Assembly: GCA_036149055.1 (NCBI GenBank)
Contig: JAYZQJ010000141.1
Location: 1 to 31,435 of the forward strand
Direction: 5' to 3'
DNA: 31,435 nt
From: Myxococcota bacterium
GTDB lineage: Bacteria > Myxococcota_A > Polyangia > Polyangiales > Sandaracinaceae
How positions within the stretch are numbered: the first letter of the stretch is position 1; the number at the start of each line of letters is the position of its first letter. Shown in pieces: positions 1 through 11,061 of the stretch. The notes under the pieces are model-generated. The model was given only the letters and a program-made list of their open reading frames with translations. It ran no database searches and was not told the origin of the DNA. The translations under genes and the position numbers were made by a program.

Positions 1-172
1 CGATCCATCGAGGCGGCGACGAGATCACTCGGGAATTCGGCCCCGGGAGGTGGCGGTCCGCCGGCGGGCGGGTGGCGGCCGCCGGTCGGGCGGCCTCGAT
101 CGCGAAAGATCCGTGCCGAAATCGAGGTGGTGGTCGTTGCGGCGCGGACCTCGAGATCCCGGATGCCCCGGG

Positions 173-370
173 CGAGACCACCTGGTCATGAGCGCATCAG
201 GCCATGAGCGCATCAGGCCAGGCGAGACCACCTGGTCATGGAGCGAAGAGACCCACCTGGTCATGGAGCGAGCAGACGAGACCACCTGGTCATGAAGCCA
301 CGAGACCACCTGGTCATGGAGCGAGCAGACGAGATCACCTGGTCATGAAGCGACGAGATCACTTGGTATG
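173..370. repeat. Intergenic array of 7 copies of an ~18-bp unit CGAGA(C/T)CACCTGGTCATG with short spacers
   Basis: Copies at 173-190, 223-240, 248-265, 277-294, 301-318, 330-347 and 354-370 (degenerate). The core contains the palindrome GACCA-CC-TGGTC. Spacers are 6-32 bp and are themselves repeated. Confidence 0.9.
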
Positions 371-432
371 AGCGCCGACCATGAGCGCCCGGTATGACCG
401 GCCGAGCGACGAGGCCGGACCGCCTCAACGGG

Positions 433-1062
433 TCAGCCCGGTTTGGCGGCGACGACGAAGGCGGTCATGGCGTCCGCGCCGACGTCGTGCTCGGTGACGT
501 CGACGAAGCCGGCTTCTTCCATCTCGCGGCGCAGCGTGGCCTTGTCGAAGCTCCAGACCCTCGGCGCCCGGCCGATGAGGCGCAACACGCCGATCAGCGC
601 CGGGAGAGGCATCCAGGTCTCGCCGAGGCAGGCGGTGGACGAGACGAAGAAGCCCCCCGGCGCCAGCAGCTCAAAGAGGGTCCGCAGGACCCCGGGCCGG
701 TCTTCGACCAGGTGCAGGATGTTGAAGGCCGCGACTCCGTCGGCCTCCCCTGCCGCGAGCGGGGCGCCGCCCTCGAGGGTGCCCACGTGGAAGGTCACGT
801 TGTCCACGCCCTGCGCCTCGGCTTTGCCACGCGCGATGCGGACCATCTCCGCCGAGATGTCCATCGCGTGGACGTGGGCGACGTGCGGCGCCAGCTCGAG
901 CGCGAGCGAGCCGGTCCCGCAGCCGTGCTCGAAGAGCGTCTGGTCGGGCGCGAGCAGGGCGCGCGTGATCTCCTTCTTGCGCTCGAACGCGGCCACGTTC
1001 GACACGGGCTTGGCGGCGTACTTCTCGGCGGCGCGGTTCCAGAACTCGGCGTCGGTCTTCAT
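433..1062 (-). CDS. Class I SAM-dependent methyltransferase (paralog 2)
   Basis: Motif I FEHGCGTG, AMDIS, FNILHL, LLAPGG. Start taken at MKTDAEFWN (ATG 1062), which overlaps the upstream gene's stop (ATGA). Confidence 0.9.
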   Translation of the reverse strand: MKTDAEFWNRAAEKYAAKPVSNVAAFERKKEITRALLAPDQTLFEHGCGTGSLALELAPHVAHVHAMDISAEMVRIARGKAEAQGVDNVTFHVGTLEGGAPLAAGEADGVAAFNILHLVEDRPGVLRTLFELLAPGGFFVSSTACLGETWMPLPALIGVLRLIGRAPRVWSFDKATLRREMEEAGFVDVTEHDVGADAMTAFVVAAKPG

Positions 1063-1709
1063 CGCTTCTCCCCGGGCTTCTTCGCGACGATGAAGCCGGT
1101 CTGAGCGCGGGCGCCGACGTCGTGCTCGGTGACATCGACGAAGCCCGCCGCCTCCATCTCCCTCCGAACGGTCGCCTTGTCGACCCGCCACACCCGCGGC
1201 GCCCGGCCGAACAGGCGCATCGCGCCGATGATCACGGGGTAGGGGACCCAGCTCTCGCCGAGGCAGACGGTCGACGAGACGAAGAAGCCGCCCGGCGCGA
1301 GCAGCTGGTGGAGGGTGCGGAGGGTGGCCGCGCGGTCCTCGACCAGGTGCAGGATGTTGTAGGCCGTGACGCCGGCGAAGAAGCCGGGCGGGAAGGGCAC
1401 CTGGTCGTCGAGCGTGCCCTGGTGGAAGGTCACGTTGTCCACGCCCCGCGCCTCGGCCTTGCCCCGGGCGATGCGCACCATCTCCCGCGAGATGTCCATC
1501 GCGTGCACGTGGTCGACGTGGGGCGCCAGCTCCAGGGCCAACGAGCCGGTCCCGCAGCCGTAGTCGAAGATCGTCTGCCCCGGGCCCAGGAGCGCCCGGA
1601 TGATCTCCTTCTTCCGCTCGTAGGCCGGCACGTTCTCGACCGGCTTGGCCGCGTACTCCTCGGCGATGCGGTTCCAGAAGCTGACGTCGGCGCTCATCGT
1701 GGTGTCCAT
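1059..1709 (-). CDS. Class I SAM-dependent methyltransferase (paralog 1)
   Basis: FDYGCGTG, AMDIS, YNILHL, LLAPGG. A GAGGAGG SD precedes ATG 1709. Confidence 0.92.
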   Translation of the reverse strand: MDTTMSADVSFWNRIAEEYAAKPVENVPAYERKKEIIRALLGPGQTIFDYGCGTGSLALELAPHVDHVHAMDISREMVRIARGKAEARGVDNVTFHQGTLDDQVPFPPGFFAGVTAYNILHLVEDRAATLRTLHQLLAPGGFFVSSTVCLGESWVPYPVIIGAMRLFGRAPRVWRVDKATVRREMEAAGFVDVTEHDVGARAQTGFIVAKKPGEKR

Positions 1710-1731
1710 CGTTCCCTCCTCGTGGAGGTCC

Positions 1732-2682
1732 CTACGATCCAGCGCTCGGACCCTTGCGGTTCGTTTTCGGGACGGAGCGGACCGCAGACGCGCCGAGCGC
1801 GGGCGCGAGCGCGGCCTCGATCCAGTCCATCACCGCCCGGACCCGAGCCGGGAGTCGCCGCCCGTGGGGATGAAGGAGGCTGACCGGCATCGGAGCGCAG
1901 CGGTGCTCCGGGAGGATCTCGACGAGCGCGCCGCTCGCCAGGTGGGCCTCGACGCCGATGCGCGGCACCTGGACCACCCCGAGCCCCGCGAGACAGGCGG
2001 CCCGGTAGGCGTCGGCCCCGTCCACCGTGATCGCGCTCGGCATCGGGGCGGTGCGCGTCTCGCCGCCCGCCTCGTACTCGAAGGCCGGCGCCTCGACTCC
2101 GGAGCCGGACGCCCAGTGGATCAGGAGGTGGTCCGAGAGCGCCTCCAGCGAGGCCGGCGCCCCTCGGCGCTCCACGTACTCGCGTGACACGCAGCTCACC
2201 ATCTCCAGCTCGCCCAGCCGCCGGCGCACCAGCTCCCCGCCCGCGGGCTCGCCCACCCGGAGCACGCAGTCGAATCCCTCGGAGACCGCGTCGACCAGGC
2301 GATCGGTGGTGCTGACGAAGAGCTCCAGGTCGGGGTGGCGGGCGAGCAGGTCGGGCAGCGCGGGGAGCACGAAGCGACGCGCGAGGTTGACCGGGAGGTT
2401 GACGCGCACCCGCCCTCGGAGCCGAGGGCCTGGCCGGAAGAGGGCCTCGAGCTCGTCCGCTTCGCGCACCAATCGTCGCGCCCGCGGCAGGAGCGCCTCG
2501 CCGTCGGGCGTCGGCCGGACCACCCGGGTCGTCCGGTGGAAGAGCCGCACGCCGAGCTCTCCCTCCAGCGCCTTGAGCCGCCGCGACACGCGGGAGCGCG
2601 GCAGCCGCAGGTGCTCCCCCGCGCGGCTGAGGCTGCCGAGCTCGGCGATCTTCAGGACGAGGCGGAGCGCGTCGAGGTCCAC
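1732..2682 (-). CDS. LysR-family transcriptional regulator (CrgA-like)
   Basis: HTH GSLSRAGEHLRLPRSRVSRRLKALEGELGVRLFHRTTR, plus EGFDCVLRVG. Start uncertain (GTG 2682 or ATG 2697). Confidence 0.92.
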   Translation of the reverse strand: MDLDALRLVLKIAELGSLSRAGEHLRLPRSRVSRRLKALEGELGVRLFHRTTRVVRPTPDGEALLPRARRLVREADELEALFRPGPRLRGRVRVNLPVNLARRFVLPALPDLLARHPDLELFVSTTDRLVDAVSEGFDCVLRVGEPAGGELVRRRLGELEMVSCVSREYVERRGAPASLEALSDHLLIHWASGSGVEAPAFEYEAGGETRTAPMPSAITVDGADAYRAACLAGLGVVQVPRIGVEAHLASGALVEILPEHRCAPMPVSLLHPHGRRLPARVRAVMDWIEAALAPALGASAVRSVPKTNRKGPSAGS

Positions 2683-2689
2683 GCGCCAT

Positions 2690-2708
2690 TGTCGCATGAT
2701 CTGCAACA
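2690..2708. promoter_or_regulatory. Putative LysR operator between divergent lysR and SDR genes
   Basis: Imperfect palindrome TGTCGCA-N5-TGCAACA immediately upstream of the lysR start. Confidence 0.55.
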
Positions 2709-2780
2709 GAGCGTCGCGCCGCCTCGGCCTTCTCCGCCCGTGCCTCGCGTCCCACAACGAAGCGCGAAGGGAGCACGCAC

Positions 2781-3548
2781 ATGGACAACCACGAACGCCG
2801 CATCGCGCTGATCACCGGAGGGAGCCGAGGGCTCGGGCGCAGCATGGTCGCTCACCTCGCCGCCCGCGGGGTCGACGTCATCCTCACCTACCGATCCCGC
2901 GAGGACGAGGCCGCCGACGCGGTCCGGGAGGCGGAGGCGGCCGGAGCGCGCGCCGTCGCGCTCCGGCTCGACGTCTCCGAGCCCGCGGGCTTCGGCGCGT
3001 TCGTCGACGCCCTGCGGGTCGCCCTCGAGGGGCGCTTCGCGCGGACCGACCTCGACTACCTCGTCAACAACGCGGGGACGGGGGCCTACGCGCCCTTCGC
3101 CGAGACCACCGAGGCGCAGCTCGACGCTCTGATCGCCATCCACCTCAAGGGCCCGTTCCTCCTCACCCAGCGGCTGCTGCCGCTGCTGCGCGACGGCGGG
3201 CGGGTGCTGAACGTCTCGTCCGGCCTCGCCCGCTTCACGCTGCCGGGCTACGCGGCCTACGCCGCCGTGAAGGGCGCCGTCGAGGTCCTCACCCGCTACC
3301 AGGCGAGGGAGCTCGGCGAGCGCGGGATCCGGGTGAACGTGCTGGCGCCCGGCGCGATCGAGACCGACTTCGGCGGCGGCGTCGTGCGCGACGATCCGCG
3401 GGTCAACGCGCTGATCGCCTCGCAGACCGCGCTCGGTCGCGTCGGCCTCCCGGACGACGTGGGCCCGGCGGTCGCCGCGCTGCTCTCCCCCGACGCCGCG
3501 TGGATCACCGGTCAGCGCGTCGAGGTCTCGGGCGGTCAGTCGCTCTGA
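2781..3548 (+). CDS. Short-chain dehydrogenase/reductase (SDR)
   Basis: TGGSRGLG, VNNAG, NVSS, catalytic YAAVK, PGAIETD. Confidence 0.95.
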   Translation: MDNHERRIALITGGSRGLGRSMVAHLAARGVDVILTYRSREDEAADAVREAEAAGARAVALRLDVSEPAGFGAFVDALRVALEGRFARTDLDYLVNNAGTGAYAPFAETTEAQLDALIAIHLKGPFLLTQRLLPLLRDGGRVLNVSSGLARFTLPGYAAYAAVKGAVEVLTRYQARELGERGIRVNVLAPGAIETDFGGGVVRDDPRVNALIASQTALGRVGLPDDVGPAVAALLSPDAAWITGQRVEVSGGQSL

Positions 3549-4432
3549 CCTTCGCCGCGGAACAGGGACGCGTGGCGCTCGAGGCCGCTCCGGACGGCCT
3601 CGCGCGCCGCGCTCAGCCGCGCGTTGGTGCGCAGGTCGGGGTGGCACAGCAGCCAGAGCGCGCCGCGGATCGCGACGTCGGGCTCGGCGAGCCGCACCAG
3701 GTCCGGGTCGGCGTCTCCCGCGTAACAGGGCAGCATCGCCAGGCCGAAGCCCTCGCGCGCCAGCTGGGCGGCGACCCGGATCGAGGTGGCCGCGCCCCAC
3801 AGCGGGAGGTCCGGGTAGCTCGAGGCGGCGATGATCGGCGCCATCGTCTTGCGGTCGTCGAAGGCGATCCAGCGCGCTCCGCGCCCGCCGCGGCCCGGGT
3901 CGAGGCGCTCCGCGTGCGCGCGTCCGACGTAGCTCGCGATGGCCACGTCGGTGAGCCTGCGCGCCATCAGGTGCTCGGGCGGCGGCTGGTCGGCCCCGAG
4001 CATGCGGAGCGCCAGGTCGGCCTCCCGCTTGGTGAGGTTGAAGGGCCGGGAGTCGGTGACCACGCAGAGCTCGACGCCCGGGTGCGCGTCGCAGAGCGGT
4101 CTCAGCGCCGCGAGGACGAGCGCCGAGACGTAGGCGTCGCAGACGGTCAGCCGGACGGGGCCCTCGATCTTCTCGTCGGCGCCGAGCAGCTCGCGCTCGA
4201 GGCCGGCCATCTCCAGCTCCACCCGCTCGGCGCCGGGCATCATCTGCTGGCCGACGTCGGTGAGCGTGTAGCCGTCGCGGGTCCGGTCGAAGAGGCGCGC
4301 CGAGAGCTGCGCCTCCAGCGCCTCGACCCGACGCGCCACCGTCGAGTGGCTCACCCCCAGCTCGGCGCCCGCCGCCCGCACCGAGCCCAGCCGGGCGAGC
4401 GCGAGGAAGTAGCGCACGTCGTTCCAGTCCAT
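3536..4432 (-). CDS. LysR-family transcriptional regulator
   Basis: MDWNDVRYFLALARLGSVRAAGAELGVSHSTVARRVEALE HTH, plus READLALR. The 3' end overlaps the SDR by 13 bp. Confidence 0.93.
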   Translation of the reverse strand: MDWNDVRYFLALARLGSVRAAGAELGVSHSTVARRVEALEAQLSARLFDRTRDGYTLTDVGQQMMPGAERVELEMAGLERELLGADEKIEGPVRLTVCDAYVSALVLAALRPLCDAHPGVELCVVTDSRPFNLTKREADLALRMLGADQPPPEHLMARRLTDVAIASYVGRAHAERLDPGRGGRGARWIAFDDRKTMAPIIAASSYPDLPLWGAATSIRVAAQLAREGFGLAMLPCYAGDADPDLVRLAEPDVAIRGALWLLCHPDLRTNARLSAAREAVRSGLERHASLFRGEGQSD

Positions 4433-4438
4433 GCGCGC

Positions 4439-4873
4439 TCAGCGGTTCGGGAGCGTGGCCGCGCCGAACCAGAAGTCGCTCACCCGCTGCAGCATGTCGC
4501 GGTAGCCGCGGAGGTTGCCCGGCTTCCGGATGAAGGCCGCGGCGCCGAGCTGGTAGGACTCGAGCACCTCGAGGTGAGAGCGGGTGGAGCTGAGCACGAT
4601 GACCGGCGTCCGGCGAAGACCGGGGTCGGCCTTCCACTCCGCGAGCATCTCCAGGCCCTTCTGGCCGGGGAGGTTGATGTCGGCGAACACCAGGTCGGGC
4701 AGCTGGACCTTCAGCTCCAGCCGCTCGCGCAGCATGTGGGTCGCGCCCTCGGCGTCGCGCGCGATGCTCACGTGCACCGGCAGATCCATGCGCCGCACCG
4801 TGTGGCGGATGAGGTCGACGTCGCCGGGGTTGTCGTCGATGACGAGGAGCTCGTGCTTGGGCGAGGGGCTCAT
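4439..4873 (-). CDS. Single-domain response regulator (Rcp1/phytochrome-RR-like)
   Basis: LLVIDDNPGD, phospho-acceptor in PDLVFADINLP, VIVLSS, FIRKP, C-terminal DFW. Confidence 0.92.
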   Translation of the reverse strand: MSPSPKHELLVIDDNPGDVDLIRHTVRRMDLPVHVSIARDAEGATHMLRERLELKVQLPDLVFADINLPGQKGLEMLAEWKADPGLRRTPVIVLSSTRSHLEVLESYQLGAAAFIRKPGNLRGYRDMLQRVSDFWFGAATLPNR

Positions 4874-6528
4874 AGGGGGTCTGGCTCCGCCGGCAGGGTG
4901 AACCAGAACGTCGAGCCCGCCCCCACCGTCGACTCCACCCCGACGCTACCACCCAGGCGGCTCACCGTCTTGTTCACGATCGCGAGCCCGAGCCCGGTCC
5001 CCTCGTAGGCGTCACGGTGGTGGAGCCGACGGAAGAGCTCGAAGACCTCGGCCTGGTGTCGCGGCTCGATGCCGACCCCCCAGTCTCGGACCGAGAAGAC
5101 CCAGTCGTCGCCCCGGCGCTCGGCGTCGATGGCGACTCGGGGCGCGGGGCCCGGCGAGAACTTCAGCGCGTTGCCGACGAGGTTCTGGAAGACCCCCGTC
5201 AGGAAGGTCTCGTCGGAGCGCACCCTCGGGAGGGGTCCGCGCTCCACCCGCGCGTCGCGCTCGCGGATCCGGAGGTCGAGGTTCGCCAGGGCGGCGTCGA
5301 GCGCCTCGTCGGCGTCCACGCTCACCGGCTCGAGCGGCTTGGCGCCGACGCGCGTGTACTCGAGCAGGGCCTCCACCAGCGCCTGCATGCGGGCCGCGCC
5401 GTCGCGCACGTAGCGCAGGGCGCGCGCCGTCTCGTCCCCGACATCGTCCTCCGCCTCCTCCTGCAGCAGCTCGCTGTAGGCGACGACCATGCGCGCCGGC
5501 TCCTGCAGGTCGTGGGACGCGATGTAGGCGATCTGTCTCAGCTCCTCGTTGGCGCGCTCGAGCTGCTCGGCCTTGGCCCGGGCCTCGCGCTCACCGGCGG
5601 TGGCCCGGCGGTGGGTGTCCACGTAGTCGACCACCAGGCCGGCGCAGGGCACCAGGTAGGCCACGATCTTCAGCAGGTGCGCGGCGTTGAAGTGATGGTC
5701 GAAGAGCGCCTCCGAGCCGAACGCCATGTGCAGCTGGGTGGCGACGTCGGGGATCACGCTGAGCCAGAGGGCGAGCGCGAAGTGAGAGCGGATCCGGCGT
5801 CGGAAGAGCGGATACACCACGAGCCCCGAGAGCGCGAACACGATCAGGGGCAGGGCGTCCCACGGGCGGGTGACGACCGCGGCGGGGAAGGTCGTGGCCG
5901 GCAGGTCGGCGCTCCGAGCGCAGGTCACCGTGACGCCGATCGCGAGCCCGGCGAGGAGGACCGACGCGGCGGCGACGATCCGGAGGCTGCGCCGTGGGCG
6001 CGAGCCGGTCTCGTGACGGCGCGCGAACAGCAGCATGGAGAGCGCGGCGAGGGGCACGACGGCGTTGAAGGTCCGCGAGACGGCCCAGGTGAAGGGCACG
6101 AAGTCGCGCGCGTCCGCCGCCGGATCCACCAGCCCATCGGCGGCGAGCGTGTGGAAGGCGTCCACCAGCCCGGCCGCGAGGAGCGCCATGCCGATGGTCG
6201 GCGTGACGACGTCCCGGTGGAGCCGGAAGTGGGTGAAGGCGAGGAAGGCCGTGAACCCCGCCGCGCAGGTGGCCGTCCACTCGAGCAGGGTGTGCACGTA
6301 GGTGCCGGCGAGCGCCCGCACGAGCCCGGGCGAGTCGGCGTCCCGGGCCAGCGCGGCCAGCGCCTCGGGGCTGGGCGCCCGCGTGCCGAGGTCGACCCCG
6401 AGCGCCCCGAGCGCCCACGGCGCCACGCTGACCAGCGCCACCGCGACGACCGCCGATCGCTCCCCGGGCGTCCACGCCGCGTCGCTCGAGCGTCGGGGCG
6501 CCCACACGCCGGGGAGAGACGAAGCCAT
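4870..6528 (-). CDS. Membrane sensor histidine kinase with a MASE3-like multi-TM N-terminus and a HisKA/HATPase core
   Basis: H-box IASHDLQEP, N-box FQNLVGNALKF, G1 DWGVGI, G2 GTGLGL. The hydrophobic N-terminal region has HTLLE and VDAFHTL motifs. Start uncertain (ATG 6528 chosen). Confidence 0.9.
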   Translation of the reverse strand: MASSLPGVWAPRRSSDAAWTPGERSAVVAVALVSVAPWALGALGVDLGTRAPSPEALAALARDADSPGLVRALAGTYVHTLLEWTATCAAGFTAFLAFTHFRLHRDVVTPTIGMALLAAGLVDAFHTLAADGLVDPAADARDFVPFTWAVSRTFNAVVPLAALSMLLFARRHETGSRPRRSLRIVAAASVLLAGLAIGVTVTCARSADLPATTFPAAVVTRPWDALPLIVFALSGLVVYPLFRRRIRSHFALALWLSVIPDVATQLHMAFGSEALFDHHFNAAHLLKIVAYLVPCAGLVVDYVDTHRRATAGEREARAKAEQLERANEELRQIAYIASHDLQEPARMVVAYSELLQEEAEDDVGDETARALRYVRDGAARMQALVEALLEYTRVGAKPLEPVSVDADEALDAALANLDLRIRERDARVERGPLPRVRSDETFLTGVFQNLVGNALKFSPGPAPRVAIDAERRGDDWVFSVRDWGVGIEPRHQAEVFELFRRLHHRDAYEGTGLGLAIVNKTVSRLGGSVGVESTVGAGSTFWFTLPAEPDPL

Positions 6529-6628
6529 CCGGACCCGAGAACGGCTGGCCGCCCCCTCGCTGAACCGGGAGCGCGCGCGGTGGTCGCCTGCCCGGCGCTG
6601 AGGCAAGATGGGCGCGGGGCGGTGAGGG

Positions 6629-7132
6629 ATGCGCGCGACGGCGGAGCAGGCGCTGCGGCTGCGGCTGCACGAGCGGGGTGACCACTACGTCATCGCGTCG
6701 TGGCGCTCGCTGTTCGTGATGATCTGGTACGGCGGCGCGTCGCTGCACGCGCTCGACGCGATGGAGCGCCACGAGGACCGCGTGCTCGCGCGTCACCCGG
6801 ACGGCATCACGAGCTTCTTCGTGATCCGGGACATCGAGATCACCAAGCCGCCCGGGGCCGACGTGCGCGAGCGCTCCGAGCAGCTGCTCGAGAAGTACGC
6901 GCCCCACCTGCGGGGCACCGCCCAGGTGATCGAGGGCGGCGGCTTCAAGGCGTCGATGGCGCGCACCTTCCTCACCGCGGTCACGCTCTTCGGCCGCTCC
7001 AAGGTCAAGACGAAGGCCTTCGGAGACACGCGCCAGGCGATGCGCTGGGTCGGCGCGCTGCCGGCGCAGGAGGCGGGCGTCGGCGAGCAGGCCGAGGCCC
7101 TCTGCGCCGCGATCGACTCCCTCTCTCTGTAG
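6629..7132 (+). CDS. Hypothetical protein, STAS/SEC14 (SpoIIAA-like) type common in myxobacteria
   Basis: Protein-like composition. The pattern PPGADVR...AQVIEGGGFKASMAR...KAF...A.RW resembles STAS/SEC14-like domains. Confidence 0.65.
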   Translation: MRATAEQALRLRLHERGDHYVIASWRSLFVMIWYGGASLHALDAMERHEDRVLARHPDGITSFFVIRDIEITKPPGADVRERSEQLLEKYAPHLRGTAQVIEGGGFKASMARTFLTAVTLFGRSKVKTKAFGDTRQAMRWVGALPAQEAGVGEQAEALCAAIDSLSL

Positions 7133-7632
7133 CTACCGAGCCGTCCGCAGGCGCGCTTCGATCTGGGAGAGGCGCGCCCGGAGGAGGCGGTTGTCGGGCT
7201 CGACCTCGACCGCGGACTTCATCGCGCGCCAGGCCTCGCGCCACTGGCCGCCGCGCGCCGCCGCCGCCGCCTTGTTGTAGAAGGCCATCGCCTGGGGGGA
7301 GCGGATCGGTTGCTCCTTCTTCTTCGGCTGCTGCTCGGCCCGCAGCTCGGCCTCGGCCTTGTCCTTCTCCTCGGTGGAGAGGCGCATCTTGCCCATGCGC
7401 AGGACGCGGTCGTAGGCGCGGCGCGAGACCGGGTCGGTGAGGATCTGATAGGCCTCGCTGCCGCGCCGGTAGATCTGGCTGGCGCGCGAGAGCTTGTCGG
7501 CGTCGCCGCCCGCGAACCGGTCCGGGTGGTAGCGCCGCGCGAACTTGCGGAACGCCTTCTTCACCTCGGTCGCCGGCGCCTCCGCGTCGATCCCGAGCAG
7601 GGTGTAGTAGTCGAGCAGGTCGAGGCGGTCGT

Positions 7633-7636
<4 letters not shown>
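7133..7636 (-). CDS. J-domain protein (class C) with a C-terminal TPR-like helix pair
   Basis: DYYTLLGI...[17 protein letters not shown]...[14 protein letters not shown], and TPR-like AMAFYNKA...[18 protein letters not shown]. The GTG start overlaps the Hsp70 stop (GTGA). This is the C-terminal part of track ORF 7133..9241. Confidence 0.92.
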
Positions 7637-10032
<2,396 letters not shown>

Positions 10033-10104
10033 GGAGTCGAAGCTCCCAGGGGTTCGTTCCGCACTACTGGATTAATGCCCCAGGACGGTGGCTGTCGGCA
10101 ACCG

Positions 10105-11061
10105 TCAGAGGCTTCCGTCGGCGCTCTGGAGGGGGCAATTGATGAGGGTCTCGGTGATCTCGAAGTCGACGATGCGATCGGTCCGGGCGGTGATCGTGTA
10201 GTCGGGGGCCACGTCGAACATGTCGGTGGCGCTGCGGTAGTCCGCGACGCCGTCGTCCGCCGCGGTGTCGATGCTGGCGTACCCCGCCGGGACGGTGACC
10301 GCCACCATCTTCCAGAGCGGCGTGTAATCCTGATCTTCGAGTCCCACGCCGAAGACATTGTTCGAATCGAGGGTGTCTCCGTCGCTGGTGAGGTCGGCCA
10401 TTCGCATCGGCTCGGAGAGCGGCTCGCTCTCCCCCTCGCGGGTCAGCACGTAGACGTGGCGCTGGAAGAGGGACGAGTCCGGCAGGACCCGCCGGTTCTC
10501 CCGGGTGGCGGTGAAGTCGAAGCAGCGGGCCTCGCGGCCGCCGACGAACACCCGGGTCTCCGGCCCCACGGTCGCGTCGTCCGAGACCTCCACCGCCGCG
10601 TCGAGGGCGGCGATCGGGCAGTGCCAGAGCAGGGTGGTCGCCCGGGGCTCGTCGCCGCTGGGCAGCAGCGCCAGGGCCTCCTCGACGCTGCCGACCTGGC
10701 CGCTCCACCCGGCGGGGACCTCGATCCAGTGCACGCGGCCGAAGGGGCTGTAGCCCGGGTCGCCCGGCAGGGCGGGCGCGACCGTCGGGTGCTCGAGCGG
10801 GGCGCACTCGTCGCCCTCGGCCCGGCACAGCTGGTAGACCGGCATCGCGCTCGAGGCGGTCCCCGGGATCGTCCAGTAGCGCACCGGCTCCCCGTGCACG
10901 AACGCCTGGAAGCGGGGCGAGACTCCGTCGAAGCCGTCGTTGGCCGCGATCTGCGCCGCGAGCGTCGGGTCGTCGTAGACCGAAGGCAGCGGCTCGGGTT
11001 CCGACGCACATCCCTGAACGAGGCTGGACGCGAGCCCCAGGAGGACCATGCTCGGCCCCAT
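10105..11061 (-). CDS. Putative lipoprotein of unknown function with two internal repeats
   Basis: Lipobox-like LASSLVQGC. Repeated motifs GYSPF..V...VPAG...HCP and DYTPLW..V.VPAG...NCP. Start uncertain (11049, 11061, 11115 or 11124). Confidence 0.75.
   Translation of the reverse strand: MGPSMVLLGLASSLVQGCASEPEPLPSVYDDPTLAAQIAANDGFDGVSPRFQAFVHGEPVRYWTIPGTASSAMPVYQLCRAEGDECAPLEHPTVAPALPGDPGYSPFGRVHWIEVPAGWSGQVGSVEEALALLPSGDEPRATTLLWHCPIAALDAAVEVSDDATVGPETRVFVGGREARCFDFTATRENRRVLPDSSLFQRHVYVLTREGESEPLSEPMRMADLTSDGDTLDSNNVFGVGLEDQDYTPLWKMVAVTVPAGYASIDTAADDGVADYRSATDMFDVAPDYTITARTDRIVDFEITETLINCPLQSADGSL

Noticed and set aside
25..309. Short ORFs 25..309 (-) and 50..295 (+)
   Set aside because: They are translations of the repeat array, with no recognisable domain or SD.
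173..370. CRISPR array
   Set aside because: The repeat is only 18 bp, spacers are mostly 6-11 bp and recur, and there are no cas genes in the window.
4870..6528. Bacteriophytochrome
   Set aside because: The kinase core is similar, but there is no PAS-GAF-PHY module and the input region is transmembrane.
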